A DNA stretch of 64,000 nucleotides from Planktothrix sp. GU0601_MAG3 (GTDB lineage Bacteria; Cyanobacteriota; Cyanobacteriia; Cyanobacteriales; Microcoleaceae): assembly GCA_035193785.1 (NCBI GenBank), contig CP136572.1:672001-736000 (forward strand). Direction: 5' to 3'. Below are positions 48,856 to 61,106 of this stretch, piece by piece; the first letter of the stretch is position 1, and each line of letters opens with the position of its first letter. The notes under the pieces were generated by a model, which saw only the letters and a program-made list of their open reading frames with translations, had not been told where the DNA came from and ran no database searches. Made by a program: the position numbers and the translations under genes.

Positions 48856-49981
48856 TTAATTCCGAATATTTTGAGCCATTAAATACATGGTCGTCCATTC
48901 CTGTTGAATTTGGGTGATTTTTAGGTCGAGGGTTTTAGCAATAGTTTCTAAGGTTTCTCCGGCTTTTAAGTGTTCAATAATTTGACGTTGGTTATCGTTT
49001 AAACTTTGCCAAAATTGTTCCCATTGTTCAGAATTTAATCCTAAACGATGTTCTGATAAGGAGGTTCCTAACCAACTGGTAACTAATTCGGGATTCTGTT
49101 TTAGGGTAAAGTTTTTAATCGCATGATAACTAACTTTTTCTCGTAGTCGATAGATTTGTTTAATGGGTAAATTCAACTTTTGAGCGATCGCTTCTTGGGA
49201 TAATCCTTGTAAATACAGTCGCAACCATTCCGCCGCCGTTGAATCCACATTTTTAATTAAATAGTCTTCAAATTCTGCTTGTACTTTTAATCTTTGGTTT
49301 TGTTGGGTTTGAAAATATTGTTCATCTTCGTATTGAGAAATGGCTTGATTATCTAATAAACTAATGGTGTCTTCGGTTCCCTCCGAGAGAATTTCATCGG
49401 ATAATTGTTTAATCCATTCTCCGGCGGGAACTTGGGTTAATCCTCCCCGTTGAGAACGACGTAAATAGTTGACAAATCTATAGACTAATAGGGGTTGATT
49501 CCGAATTGGACGCAGACAATATTCTTCTAATGTTGTGAATAGTAAAGCATTACTTAATTGGCGATCACTTGTACATTGGGAAATCCATTGGATTTGTTGT
49601 TGTAAATAGCGATCGCTATTCAACATTTCCTGTATAACTTCTTGTAAAACATCCACCACTTGGCGCTGGCGATCGCGACTGGTTGCTACCCAAAGACGAA
49701 CTTTTTGGCGTAGAATCATTAAACTCCCTAATCGCTGCATTAAATTTCGATAGGCTCTTTCGGGAGGCGTATCTAAATAGCGCTGTTGCAAAATTCGATA
49801 GCGAAAGTTTAACCCTAATTTAATTCGTTTCCTGTTGGTTGGTGGGAAGGGAATCTAAGTTGCTAAAATGTTCTCCCAGTAACCAATTAATGATACTTTC
49901 TCGTTTGTCTTGACTAGAGTTAGGGTAGTCGTTTTCCAGTTGGAAACGCCACTGATTTGTCCAAGATTCTGCTAGGGTCAT
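48856..49981 (-). CDS. HetZ-related, sigma-like HTH protein; frameshift at 49827-49831
   Basis: Reconstructed start MTLAESWTNQW..SIINWLLGE; LRLYLQGLSQEAIAQKL HTH and a second C-terminal HTH. Confidence 0.75.
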
Positions 49982-50032
49982 TTAGGGTTTTAAGGGGTCA
50001 GAAAATTGTGAATTGTCAAGGGTTTGACTATT

Positions 50033-52197
50033 TTATCCTAAATTCGGTGAACTATCTGGAAGTTCATTTGATTTGAGAGGATAGCTGTCTTGAAGTTTAT
50101 TATGAATCACTTCGACTAAATGCTGAGTTGCTAAATTTTTAAATTGTTTTTTTTCGGGAATCATTTGCTCAATAATAGGGAGGTTTTTTTCTCCTTTTCT
50201 GCCTAACAAGAAATAAGTATTCATCGCGCCTTTACCTTTGACTGAAATCATCCCTCGTTTGAATATAACATATTGATCGGGTAAAAGATGGAAGGTATGT
50301 TCACTGATTTGAATCCGTCCTGCTAACCCGTGGGATTCCATTCGTGAGGCAATATTGACCGTATCTCCCCACAAATCATAGAGGAATTTTTTAATCCCAA
50401 TCACTCCGGCGACGACGGGCCCACTGTGGATTCCAATTCGTAAACTTAACACTTGACTATGAGTTTCATTAAACTCAAGAATTGCCTTTTGCATATCTAA
50501 AGCCATTTCTGCGATCGCGATCGCATGATCGGAACAGGGATCGGGTAATCCTCCCACCACCATATAAGCATCGCCAATAGTTTTAATTTTTTCTAAGCCA
50601 TATTTTTCCGTTAATCGATCAAAAGCCGAGAATAATTCATTGAGTAAATTAACTAAAGCAATCGGACTTAAGCTGGATGAAATCTGCGTAAATCCGACAA
50701 TATCGGCAAATAAAACCGTGACTTCAGAAAAATGTTCGGCTATGGTTTTTTGTTCTTTTTTTAGACGTTCTGCAATCGCTTCTGGGAGAATATTTAAAAG
50801 TAACCGTTTCCGTTTGTTGCTGTTGATATTTTAGGGCAGTTTCGGCTAATTTTCGCTTCATAAATTGACCTAACTGACTACCAATGGTGGTCATGGTTTG
50901 CATCAATTCAGTATCGGTAAAACAGATTTCTGCACCCCAAAAAGTGATTATCCCTAAGACTTCTTTACCATCCTTAATAGGAAACCCAAAACCAGCGTGT
51001 AATCCCAATATTTCGGCAATATCTTTTTGGGTAAGTTGATCATTAACCATCACATCTTCGATCCAATGGGCAAAACCACTTTGCCAAATTTTACCAGGTA
51101 AACTGATATTAGAATCTGGGTTAATTTTTTGATAAAGTCCCTGAATTTCAGAGGGATCAGAATCGGAGTTAATCCAGAGTTTAATACACTCTAGCTTGGG
51201 GTTAGTATAATTTACTATAAAAGCATTGGTTTGAGTGAGTTTTTCTCCCAAGACTAAGGGTGCTTCTAAGAAATTTTCTAACATCCAAACTTCCCCTAAA
51301 ACCCATCCCCAACTTTCACAAGTCGATTGTAAAATTTGCAATAAAGCTTCATGGATATTCGGAGCTTCAGACAGAATCCGAGAAATTTGATATTGAGTAA
51401 ACATCCGTTGTTGAGCGCGTTTTCTGGCGGTAATATCCCGACCCACATAAATAAAGTCTAGGGAATCATCTGTATCAGTTGTTAGGGTCGATATCGAAAA
51501 TTCTAGGATGATTTTTTCGCCATTTTTCTTATGACAGGTTAACTCCAAATTTTTAAATAAAAAGTCTTGTTTTTTCAGGGAAGACTCTTTTAAATATTTC
51601 TGCAAAAGAGTATCATCTTCCACAAAGGAGGAAAGGGGGTGATTAATTAAGTTCGATTGACTATATTCTAATAGGGATAAAGTTGCGAGATTGATTTTTT
51701 GAATAATCCCCTGTTGATTAGTAACAATTAAGATATCCTCCATTGAGGTAATAATTCGATCAATATATTGTTGGGAATGGGAATAGGCATTTAAAAGTAA
51801 ACGGGATTCATTAGTTTCTTGAAACTAAAGCTTGCTCTAGTTCCATTCGTTGTGTCACATCCTCAAAAAGTAACATTAATTTGGGTATCTGCCCTCCTTG
51901 AATTGAAACACCTAGAAAGTAAATATTAAAATAAATTAATGTCGTTTCCTCGATTTGCCGACTCATGGCATTTAATTCAAAGTAATCTTGGTGTCCTTGA
52001 ATAATGGCATCAATAATATCCTCTGTCCCAATCAATTCAGGAAAGTAATATTGTACATCTTCTCCTTGATTCAAACTTTCTGAACCTTCGGTAAATCGCA
52101 TCACTCCTTGAGAAAAATCTTGGATCTTTAATTCTGGATTTATCACCAGATAGTCCATTTTCCGCGCCATTAAAAATTGTTTAAATAAATTGTTCAT
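50033..52197 (-). CDS. PAS-GAF class III adenylate/guanylate cyclase; frameshifts at ~51821 and 50806
   Basis: VLFADIVGFT, KIKTIGDAYM, YDLWGDTVNIASRMES; the K/D specificity residues suggest adenylate cyclase. Confidence 0.9.
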
Positions 52198-52287
52198 AGT
52201 CCCTGAATTTATGATGGAGAATTTTTTCGTAAGTTTTTTATAATAAAAAACTTATTGATAACTAGATGCAATTCAAACAAGAAAACC

Positions 52288-54166
52288 CTATTGAGATGAA
52301 ATAAAAATGCAATTTCGACCGTTTTGTTTAGCTTTATACAAAGCTTGGTCAGCATTAAAAATGAGAGTTTTAGGAGTAAGATCTTCCATGGGAATCAGAC
52401 TTTCTACCCCAATACTAATGGTCACATAACGACTCACTGCTGACTTGATATGCTCCACTTGTAAGGCTTCAATGGCTTGGCGAACCTTTTCAGCCAGGTG
52501 GATACTTCCATCGATATCCGTATTGGGTAAAATGATAGCAAATTCTTCACCCCCATAACGAGCGACTAAATCCGTATTCCGTTGAATCGCATTCTGTAAA
52601 ACTTGAGCGACTTGTTGTAGGCAAAAATCCCCAGCTAAATGTCCATAGTTATCATTATATTGTTTAAAATAATCAATATCTAGTAATAACAGGGATAGGG
52701 GTATTTTTTCTCGTTTACAGCGATTCCATTCATACTCAAGTACCCGATCAAACTGACGACGATTTGCCAGTTTTGTCAACCCATCTTCAATAACCAACTG
52801 TTTCCAATTCTTGATTGACAATTTGTAATTGTTGATAAAGTTCAGCCTGTTGTAGAGCAATGGCGATTTGTAGGGCTAATTCTTCTAATAGGTTTGTTTC
52901 CCAGACTTCCCATGGGCGGGGTTGCTGGCATTGATGGGCAATTAATAATCCCCAGAGTTGATTACTGGTATTAGACTGTTGTGAAACAGAAGAATCATAA
53001 ATTATAATCGGAACTATTAAACTAGATTTTACTTTTAATTGTCTTAAATAATCTCGATATTGAAAATTAACTGAAACCCTGTCTACATCATCAATAGTAT
53101 CAATTTTGCCCGTTTGAAAATAGGACAATAATAAAGAATTAAGATCGGGACTAAAAATAATGCTATCAATAGAATTAATCAAAGAGTTTGTTACGGCTTC
53201 AGCAATTACTTTTCCTGCTTCTAAAGAGTAGAATCGATATATGAAAACTCGATCTACTTTTAAAAAAGTTAGAACTTCATTCACGGTGGTTTCTAAAGTT
53301 TCCTGCAAACTTAAAGACTGGTGAATATTTTGTGTAATTCTTTTTAAGACACGATCGTGTTCAGCCTGTTGATGCAACTGAAATTCCACTCGTTTTTGTT
53401 CAGTCATATCCTGACCTATCCAAACAAATTCCGGGGAATCATTGAAATCAAAATTTAGGGCTCCACAGGAAAAGGAGGCAGGAAAATTGGTTCCTATTTT
53501 GGTCTGACAGATAACTTCAATGGGCATTAATAGCTCAGAAGATAATAAAAATTGATTGACTTGGGGATAATTTTTAAGTTGATTATCTTTAAAAATAGTT
53601 AAAATAGATTGCTGGATTAATTCTGCTTCTGAATATTTTAATAAAACCGATGTGGCTTGATTGATAATTTTAATCATTCCTTGGTGATCCGTGACAATTA
53701 ATATATTTGTCATAGAATTAATAATTTTATCCAAATAGATTTTGGTTTTTTCTAAAGCACTTAAAGCTAACCCATATTCCTTGGCAACCTGAGTAATTTT
53801 TTGTTCCTTTAAAATCCATTCTGTTGTATCTTCAAACACAATTAATAATTCTTGGTTATAACAAGAATTATCAAAATTTTTCAAAACATAAATATCAAAA
53901 TAAATTGTATGTTCCTGAGTGATTGCCCTAGAAATTCCTTTGATTTCAAACTTATCAATTTGACCCAATAAAATTTTATTAAAGGTTTCTTCTAATCCAA
54001 TAAACTCAGGAAAAGCCATACAGACATCTTCTCCTAAGTGCAACTGTTCTGGGGAATCTGCAAACCGGGCGACCCCCCAGGAGGACTCTAAAATAACTAA
54101 CTCCGGATCAATAGTTAAATATTCAATTTTTTTGGGTGCTAAGACTTTTTTTAAAAGGTTATTCAT
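52288..54166 (-). CDS. PAS-GAF diguanylate cyclase; frameshift at 52800-52804
   Basis: DGLTKLANRR, DIDYFK, RNTD I-site, ARYGGEEF; GAF with DRVFIYRF and LWGLLIAHQC. Confidence 0.92.
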
Positions 54167-54204
54167 AACTCATCCTAAAACACAAAAAAACCAGATCTAA
54201 TCCT

Positions 54205-54732
54205 CTAACTGGAGATAAATTTCTCAGATAATTCATAGAAAATTGTATCTACATGATCTCCAGTTTTGGCGGAGGTTTGATAGCTGGATAAAATTTGATC
54301 ATACTGCTTCACATTAGGGACTAATTTGATTAGATGTTCCAGTTCTGTTGAGTCGATCAAATCGATTTTATTCAATGCTATCACTATACATCCTTTGGGA
54401 TTGACCGAGAGAAATAAATCAATATGTTCCGGGAGTCTTTCTATGGTTTCCTGTCGGGTCACATCGGCCACAATCACCACACCACTCGCTCCTTGTAAAT
54501 AACTCGGTGCGATCGCTTTAAATTTAGTATGACCCTCAATATCCCAAATTAGCAATTGCACAGATCCAGTCGTTTTTGAAGTAGTTTCCGCCAAATCAAC
54601 AGTTTTACGAGAAATTTTCACCCCAACGGTAGACAGGTATTTATCACTAAACTGTCTATCCACAAACCTGCGGATCAAACTGGTCTTTCCGACTCCAAAA
54701 TCACCAACTAAGCAAATTTTTTTAGAAATCAT
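54205..54732 (-). CDS. Small Ras/Rab-like GTP-binding protein
   Basis: G1 GDFGVGKT, G3 WDIEG, G4 NKID, G5 SAK. Confidence 0.92.
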   Translation of the reverse strand: MISKKICLVGDFGVGKTSLIRRFVDRQFSDKYLSTVGVKISRKTVDLAETTSKTTGSVQLLIWDIEGHTKFKAIAPSYLQGASGVVIVADVTRQETIERLPEHIDLFLSVNPKGCIVIALNKIDLIDSTELEHLIKLVPNVKQYDQILSSYQTSAKTGDHVDTIFYELSEKFISS

Positions 54733-57310
54733 GGTTCTGCGGGTTTATTCTCTTTAGATTTTAAGGCTATTATCTCAAATAAAACCGTTTGACTCAACCA
54801 AGTTTCTTGATTTTCACCCACTCCCCCAGGAAGTTCGGTTTTACCAACTGTTTCTATTCGCCGCCGATCAATTCCTAAATCCTCTAAAATATTTTGAATC
54901 GTTTGGGCACGTTTCTAAGGCCAACTGAGGGTGTTTTCGAGATTTTTCCTGCTCATGACTATAACCAATAATCCGTAATTTTAGATCAGGATATCGCTTC
55001 AAATATTCAGCCAGTGGGACAAGTTTACCTCGAATATCTTTTAAGACTAATTCCGCCGAACCAAAATCAAAATAAATTCTAGTGGCAATCGGCAGAGGTT
55101 GTACCGTTAGATTAGCAATTACGGAATCTACCCCTTCAATTTTCTCAAAAGCTCGGGTAATTTTCTGAATATCTTCATATTTAATCACTTTTCCCTTCAA
55201 ATTCACTCGGGAATTTTGATAATTAGCAGAAATAGATATCCCACTAATTTGATTCATGATCATTGCCACTTGCTTAACTTCAGCAGCCACTTTAATTGGG
55301 TCTGGGGGAACTTTAACCGCAATAATTTGATTTTTTATTTGAAAATTTGGAGCGATTTGTTGGGCAATTTTTTCGACTTTATTTTTCAATCTAGCACTGG
55401 GAACTTTCCCTGCTAATTCTAATTTTTCCCCCTGAGCTTTGACCTTTAACGCATAAATTGACAACTCGGGTTCCGCGCCCAAAGCTGTTATTAATGTTGT
55501 TTCTACTTGACGTAAATGATGTTGTCGATATTCATAGATACCCGCAGGAATTAAAATCAAACTCAAGATCACAGAACCCAAAATTAACAAAGTGCTTGGA
55601 TTTTTCTTATTCTGTAAATTGTCTACCAATCTAATTAAGGCTTCAAGCTGACTAATAATTCCCTCGGGTACAGAATTAGGATCACCATTAAATTCTTCAA
55701 TCGGCTGACTATATTTCATAATTAAAGTGCTCATCGTTTGGCGAATTTTTTTAATAAATGCCTTGGGACAGTCCCCCTTTACCACCACTGCCAAATAACA
55801 ATATCCCGCCACTTCTAGGATAATTTTACAATCCCCATATTCAATTTCATTCAGTTCGGAAACTTCCCCCGTTTGACTAATACAATCATTGACAAAACTC
55901 CGAATTGCGGTTAACATTCCAGCTACCATTTCCGCTTCCATTTGAGCTTGATCCAGTTGTTTAATTTCAGCAATAATTAAACCCGAACCTTTATGGATTA
56001 AAAACACCGCTTGCACTACAAAGTGTCGGACTTCTCTTAAAATAAGTTCTGCTTCCGATACCCCTTGAATTTTGGATTGAACTTTCCGTTGCAACCCTTC
56101 TACACTAAACGCTTGACCGACCTTTTCATTAATTTCTTGAATAGCCTCTGCTAAATAGCGGCTAATGATGCTCCCAATTACCGGATACAGTGCATCTACC
56201 ATAGAATCTCGTTCTAAAGTCACCTGTTTCTTTAATACTGCGTCCAATCATCGGTGCTAAAGCTGCGGCAATTTCATTCCGATCAACTTTAATTTGTTCT
56301 CGAATGGCTGCCCCCATTTCTGGCCCCAAGGCTTGAGCAATTTCTTTAGGAGAATTTTTAATTTGCTGTTTAATGGCTTCGGGAATTAAATCAGCAATTG
56401 CCTCACTCATCGCCTGTCTATCCGTTTGACCTTTGCCTTTAATAACCTGATCAATAATCGGAATAAACGCTTGAATTAATTCATCTTTAGACTCAATTAC
56501 TTTTAATTTCAAAAGTTGACCAATGCTAGGAAGTAAGAGTTCAATTAACTGTTCAGGATCGTTAATTTGAAATTGAACTTGACTGAGTTTATTATTAATA
56601 TTTCGGACTAACTCTCGAACTTCTGGTAACTCAGAATCCAACAAATGGCTTTTGAAACTTTCTAAATCATTACCCAAATTACACCCAAACATTAGCTCTT
56701 GCAATTTTTCCAGGGGGTTATTAGAATTACAAACGGGATCACTCTCTGTTTCTTCTAAGGGTAAACGGGTACTGATATCCTCCGTACTATCCCGATTTTC
56801 AGAAGTTTCTAGTTTAGGTAAAGGATGGCTGGAAATCCGGGGTAAATCTTCTTCAGTATTACTAACTGAGTAGTCCACATCCATCGCCCCAGAGGGCGGT
56901 TTTTCTAGTAGAGGTAGAAGTCGCAAAATCAGATCATCTCCTGATTTTGCATTCCTCAAACATACGGGAATCGGCTGAATAGATTCTATTTTAGAGGGAA
57001 TCTCATCGGCTTTTACAGAATCAATGCTGGGTTGATTTTCTAAGGGTAAATCGGCAACAATATTAGACTGTGAATCTTCCAGGGATAAAGCAGTTAAATC
57101 ATTAGACTCGGAATTATCACCCGGTTGTTGATCTTCTGAGGTTAAAGCCAAGTCTGTCCCGGCTTTAACCTCATTAAAACCGTTTAAATCCATTAATAAA
57201 TCAATCAACAATTCCAGGGAGTCACTCTCAACCTGATCCGATGAATCTTTTTGAGATGAAATTCCCTGTTGTTGATTGTTTGGACTTAAATCACCCTGAG
57301 AAAAGGTCAT
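54729..57310 (-). CDS. Membrane protein with cytoplasmic helical and longin/roadblock-like region, TM helix, BON and OmpA-like domains; frameshifts at 56226 and 54911
   Basis: TM LLILGSVILSLILIPAGIY; BON-like LAGKVPS; OmpA-like IYFDFGS..LRIIGYS..LALERA; the corrected stop TGA overlaps the GTPase ATG. Confidence 0.8.
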
Positions 57311-57327
57311 ATTTTGACCGAATTAAT

Positions 57328-57928
57328 TTATAGATGGTGTTCTGGAAGGGAAAAACCTGAATTTTTTTCATCAGCCGCCTGTTTGATAGCCGGAACAAAT
57401 TCAGTCCCCTTTAACCGCATCCCAACTTCAAACAGAACTTCAGCCATATCATCCCGGGAGACTTTGACTTCCGTTAATAAAGAAAATCGACGTTTCTAGT
57501 TCTTCTAAGACTTGATTTTTCAGACTGCGAACTTCGTCCTGTAAATGATCACGGGTTTGTCCCAATTCTTCCCGCAAGGAATTGGTCTGACCATCTAATG
57601 CTTCATCTAACGCTTCAATACTACTGGAAAATTTACGATTCAGTCGATCAGCCTGTTGTCTTAAATCCGTTAACTCCTCCTGGGAATTTGAACTCAGGGT
57701 TTTGATTTTTTTGTCTAAATTCTCAACGACAGACTTGATTTCTGCGGTTAAAATAGTCTTGAGTTGTTCAACCCGATCCTGGGCATCTTCCTGTAATAGT
57801 GCCAAATCAGACTCGATCTTCTCAAACCTACTGTTATAGTCCCGCAGTTGCGACCCAAATATGATATCGCGAATTTGGTCAATATTGCCCAAGCGCTCTC
57901 GCATTTCTTCTTTCGTGATTTCAGCCAT
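57328..57928 (-). CDS. Coiled-coil protein; frameshift at 57492-57496
   Basis: IDQIRDIIFGSQLRDY, heptad pattern; the corrected frame ends EHHL*. Confidence 0.78.
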
Positions 57929-58144
57929 TTTTACCTCCTGATCGATGCTCCTGGTCGGGTTGATTTGCCATGCAGGAATTATATTTCAGTTTTGCTTGCA
58001 AGTTCGGCATCTCGCCCTAAAACTATATCAAACATTAACCGAGATCACACTATAGCAGGGAATTAGGAATTAGCAACACACCCTATGGGAAATTCGTGGA
58101 TTTTCTAGCAGTATAACGGTTTTTGGGGCTCCAATAGTAACTTG

Positions 58145-58462
58145 TTAAACGGTGGGTTGTCAGAGATATTCGGAAAGATTAATCTTCCCCTGGCTGTTAA
58201 ATTCAATACCTTCTGATTCTAAGCGCGATCGCTGGAGATAATCTGTGCCTTTACACCATACTGAATGGGAGATTTCCCCTTTAGCATTAATCACTCGATG
58301 CCACGGAATATCGGTGGTTTATAAGGGAATTTTATATAAAGCATAACCAACTAAACGAGCCTTTTGACCCAGGTTAGCTAATTCCGCAATCTGCCCATAG
58401 GTAGCAACTTTTCCCCAAGGAACTTGATAGACAATTTGGTATATTTTATCATAAAGTGACAT
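58145..58462 (-). pseudogene. Alkyltransferase-like (ATL/MGMT family) gene with two in-frame stops
   Basis: MSLYDKIYQIVYQVPWGKVATYGQIA..ARLVGYAL..*..IPWHRVINAKG; TAA at 58319-58321 and TGA at 58160-58162. Confidence 0.85.
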
Positions 58463-58510
58463 AATAAACAAGCTATAATTAATTTTAAAAAAGCATTAAT
58501 TACAGTTAAT

Positions 58511-58630
58511 TTCCCTATTCCCTGTTCCCTGTTCCCTGTTCCCTATTCCCTATTCCCTATTCCCTGTTCCCTATTCCCTATTCCCTGTTCCCTGTTCCCT
58601 GTTCCCTATTCCCTGTTCCCTGTTCCCTGT
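58511..58630. repeat. Heptamer repeat (TTCCCTG/A)n overlapping the proB 3' end
   Basis: Encodes the GNREQG.. tail of ProB. Confidence 0.92.
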
Positions 58631-59753
58631 TATAGATAATGGAGAGGATACAACTAAATTATCACGATGAATCACCGTTTCTGCTCCGTCATAACCCAAA
58701 ATTTCAGGGATTTTATCCGAATGTAAACCTTTTATTTTTTGCAATTCTCCCTGACTATAATTAACTAATCCCCTGGCTATTTCTTGCCCATCTAAATTAC
58801 AAATTTGGACAGAATCCTGAAGATTAAATCCACCTTCAATTTTAGTAATTCCCGCCGCCAATAGGGATTTTCCTCCTTGGGAAATTGCCCGTACCGCCCC
58901 GGCATCTAAATATAGTTTTCCCGTAGGAACTAATACATTAGCAATCCAATGTTTTCGCGCATTAACGGGTCGAGTTTGGGGTTCAAATTGCGTGCCAATA
59001 GCTTCTCCTTGGAGAATTTTCTCTAAATTTTGGGGGTATTTTCCCTCCGTTATTACTGTTCTCACTCCCGATCCCGTGGCTATTCTGGCGGCTTCAATTT
59101 TAGTAATCATCCCCCCGGTTTCCCCACCCACTGCGAGACTCTCCCGTTTGGACTTGAAATTCTTCTAGTTGTTCCATATTAGTCACTAAACTAATCGGTT
59201 GGGCATTGGGATTTTCCCGAGGATCGGCGGAATATAATCGATCTACATCGGTTAATAAAAATAACCAATCTGCTTCCACTAAACTCGCCACCAAAGCCGA
59301 AAGTGTATCATTATCCCCAAATTTTAGTTCATCTACCGCCACGGTATCATTTTCATTAACAATCGGAATTACCCCTAATTTTAAAAGTTGTTGAAAGGTA
59401 TTATAAACATTCACATAACCATTGCGTTGAACTAAGTCTCCCCTGGTTAATAAAACTTGAGCAATGGGTTGTTTTAAGGTACTAAATAAATCATCATAAA
59501 CCCGCATCAAACGACCTTGACCGACAGCGGCTACGGCTTGTTTTAAAGCAATGGTGCGGGGACGTTCGGTTAACCCTAAGCGATCGCGTCCCACCCCCAC
59601 CGCCCCCGAAGATACTAAAACCACCCGATAACCATGTTTTTGCAGTCCGGTCAAGGTTTCTACTAATGTGGCTAAAGTTGATAGGGCTAAATGTCCAGTC
59701 GCCGACTGGGTTAAACTTGATGTACCAATTTTAACAACAATAGTTTGAGACAT
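58571..59753 (-). CDS. proB: Glutamate 5-kinase; frameshift at 59118-59122
   Basis: [31 protein letters not shown] after correction, PUA domain. Confidence 0.96.
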
Positions 59754-59891
59754 AATCAGTAATCAGTAATCAGTTATCAGTTATCAGTTGTAGGGATATT
59801 GCGGTTAACTAAGAGCTTAATTTTTTTTGAGTAAATTATGCTAGATCAGTATATCATTTATGCCAATATTATTAACTCTCAAACCAGGTAA

Positions 59892-60258
59892 ATGATTAAA
59901 TCTCGCTTGCTGCTTTTCCTCTCCCTCTTAACTACCTTAATTTCGCTTTCCTTGCCCGTTAAAGCTGACTCTACTAGCGATCTGCTGGGATCGTACAAAT
60001 GCGGTGAATTCAAAATTGAGGTGTGGAAAAACAAAAATTCTGGGCAACTGACCTATCGTTTCCACAAGTTCCGCCGGAAACCTTACCCTAACAGGAGGGA
60101 AACAACAAAATACAGAGGGAGTGCGCGTTTATAAATTCCGCAGTGGCAATAATGAATACTGGTTATGGCAAGGGACTATTGATAATCCCGATGCGGGGAC
60201 TCTGGAGGTTTACAAAAACGGTCGTCAAGTGATGCAGCGGAGTTGTTCCCAAGCTTAG
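59892..60258 (+). CDS. Small secreted hypothetical protein; frameshift at 60058-60062
   Basis: Signal peptide ending VKA-D; the corrected frame continues TYRSTSSAGNL...RSCSQA*. Confidence 0.7.
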
Positions 60259-60438
60259 GGTACTCAGGGATCTCAAGGCAAAAAATCGTTTGATGATGAC
60301 CCGTGCTTGTCTGGCTCAAGGGGTTTTATCGTTCTACTTCTTGAGTTTGACAGGCCGTCTTTTGACAAAACTAATATTGAGGTCAAAAAATTAATATCGA
60401 ATCATATTCAAACCGATTTTTTACCTAACTGAAATTCA

Positions 60439-60924
60439 ATGAATTGCCAATTTAAGCCTAAAAAAAAACAGACTATTGTGATCGGGTTTTCCCTCCTTTT
60501 GGGGACAGTTTTTAGCAGTTTTACAGGATTGGGTCTATCGTCTGTTGAAGCCCATGAACAACAACATGAGACATCTTCCCCTCACCATAAAATGATCTCG
60601 ATTCCCCCTGGTCAACCCATACCATCGGTGGATTTAGTTGTCCATCCCGATGCCCGTCAGGGATGGAATTTAGAGTTGAAATTGACTAATTTTAAATTTA
60701 CACCAGGAAAAGCCAATCAACCCAGCGACTCCTATCAAGAAGGACACGCTCACCTTTATATTAATGGGAAGAAAGTCACCCGAATTTATGGAAACTGGTA
60801 CTATCTTGCAGAACTACCACCAGGGAGTTATGAAGTTCGGGTGAGTTTAAACGGAAATGGCCATGAAACACTCATGGTTGAGAACCAAGAGATCGGGGAT
60901 ACAGAAATCATTGAAGTCAAGTAA
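60439..60924 (+). CDS. Exported His-rich hypothetical protein (possible metal binder)
   Basis: Signal/TM segment, AHEQQHETSSPHH, EGHAHLYING, NGHE. Confidence 0.75.
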   Translation: MNCQFKPKKKQTIVIGFSLLLGTVFSSFTGLGLSSVEAHEQQHETSSPHHKMISIPPGQPIPSVDLVVHPDARQGWNLELKLTNFKFTPGKANQPSDSYQEGHAHLYINGKKVTRIYGNWYYLAELPPGSYEVRVSLNGNGHETLMVENQEIGDTEIIEVK

Positions 60925-60963
60925 TGGGTAGTGGGTAATGGGTAATGGGTAATGGGTAATGGG
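60921..60963. repeat. Heptamer repeat (GTAATGG)n
   Basis: Directly visible. Confidence 0.85.
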
Positions 60964-61058
60964 GTTTTGGATTTTTGACGAATTTAAAATTAAAGGTGTA
61001 TTCAAACAATAAACTCTACCCATTACCTGTTATAACGACCCAAATAATCAGATTCTGG

Positions 61059-61090
61059 TTGAGGGTTAGCAATTAACTGTTAACCCTCAA
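61059..61090. terminator. Hairpin downstream of rne
   Basis: TTGAGGGTTA...TAACCCTCAA inverted repeat. Confidence 0.6.
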
Positions 61091-61106
61091 AATCCCATAG
61101 CTGTTC

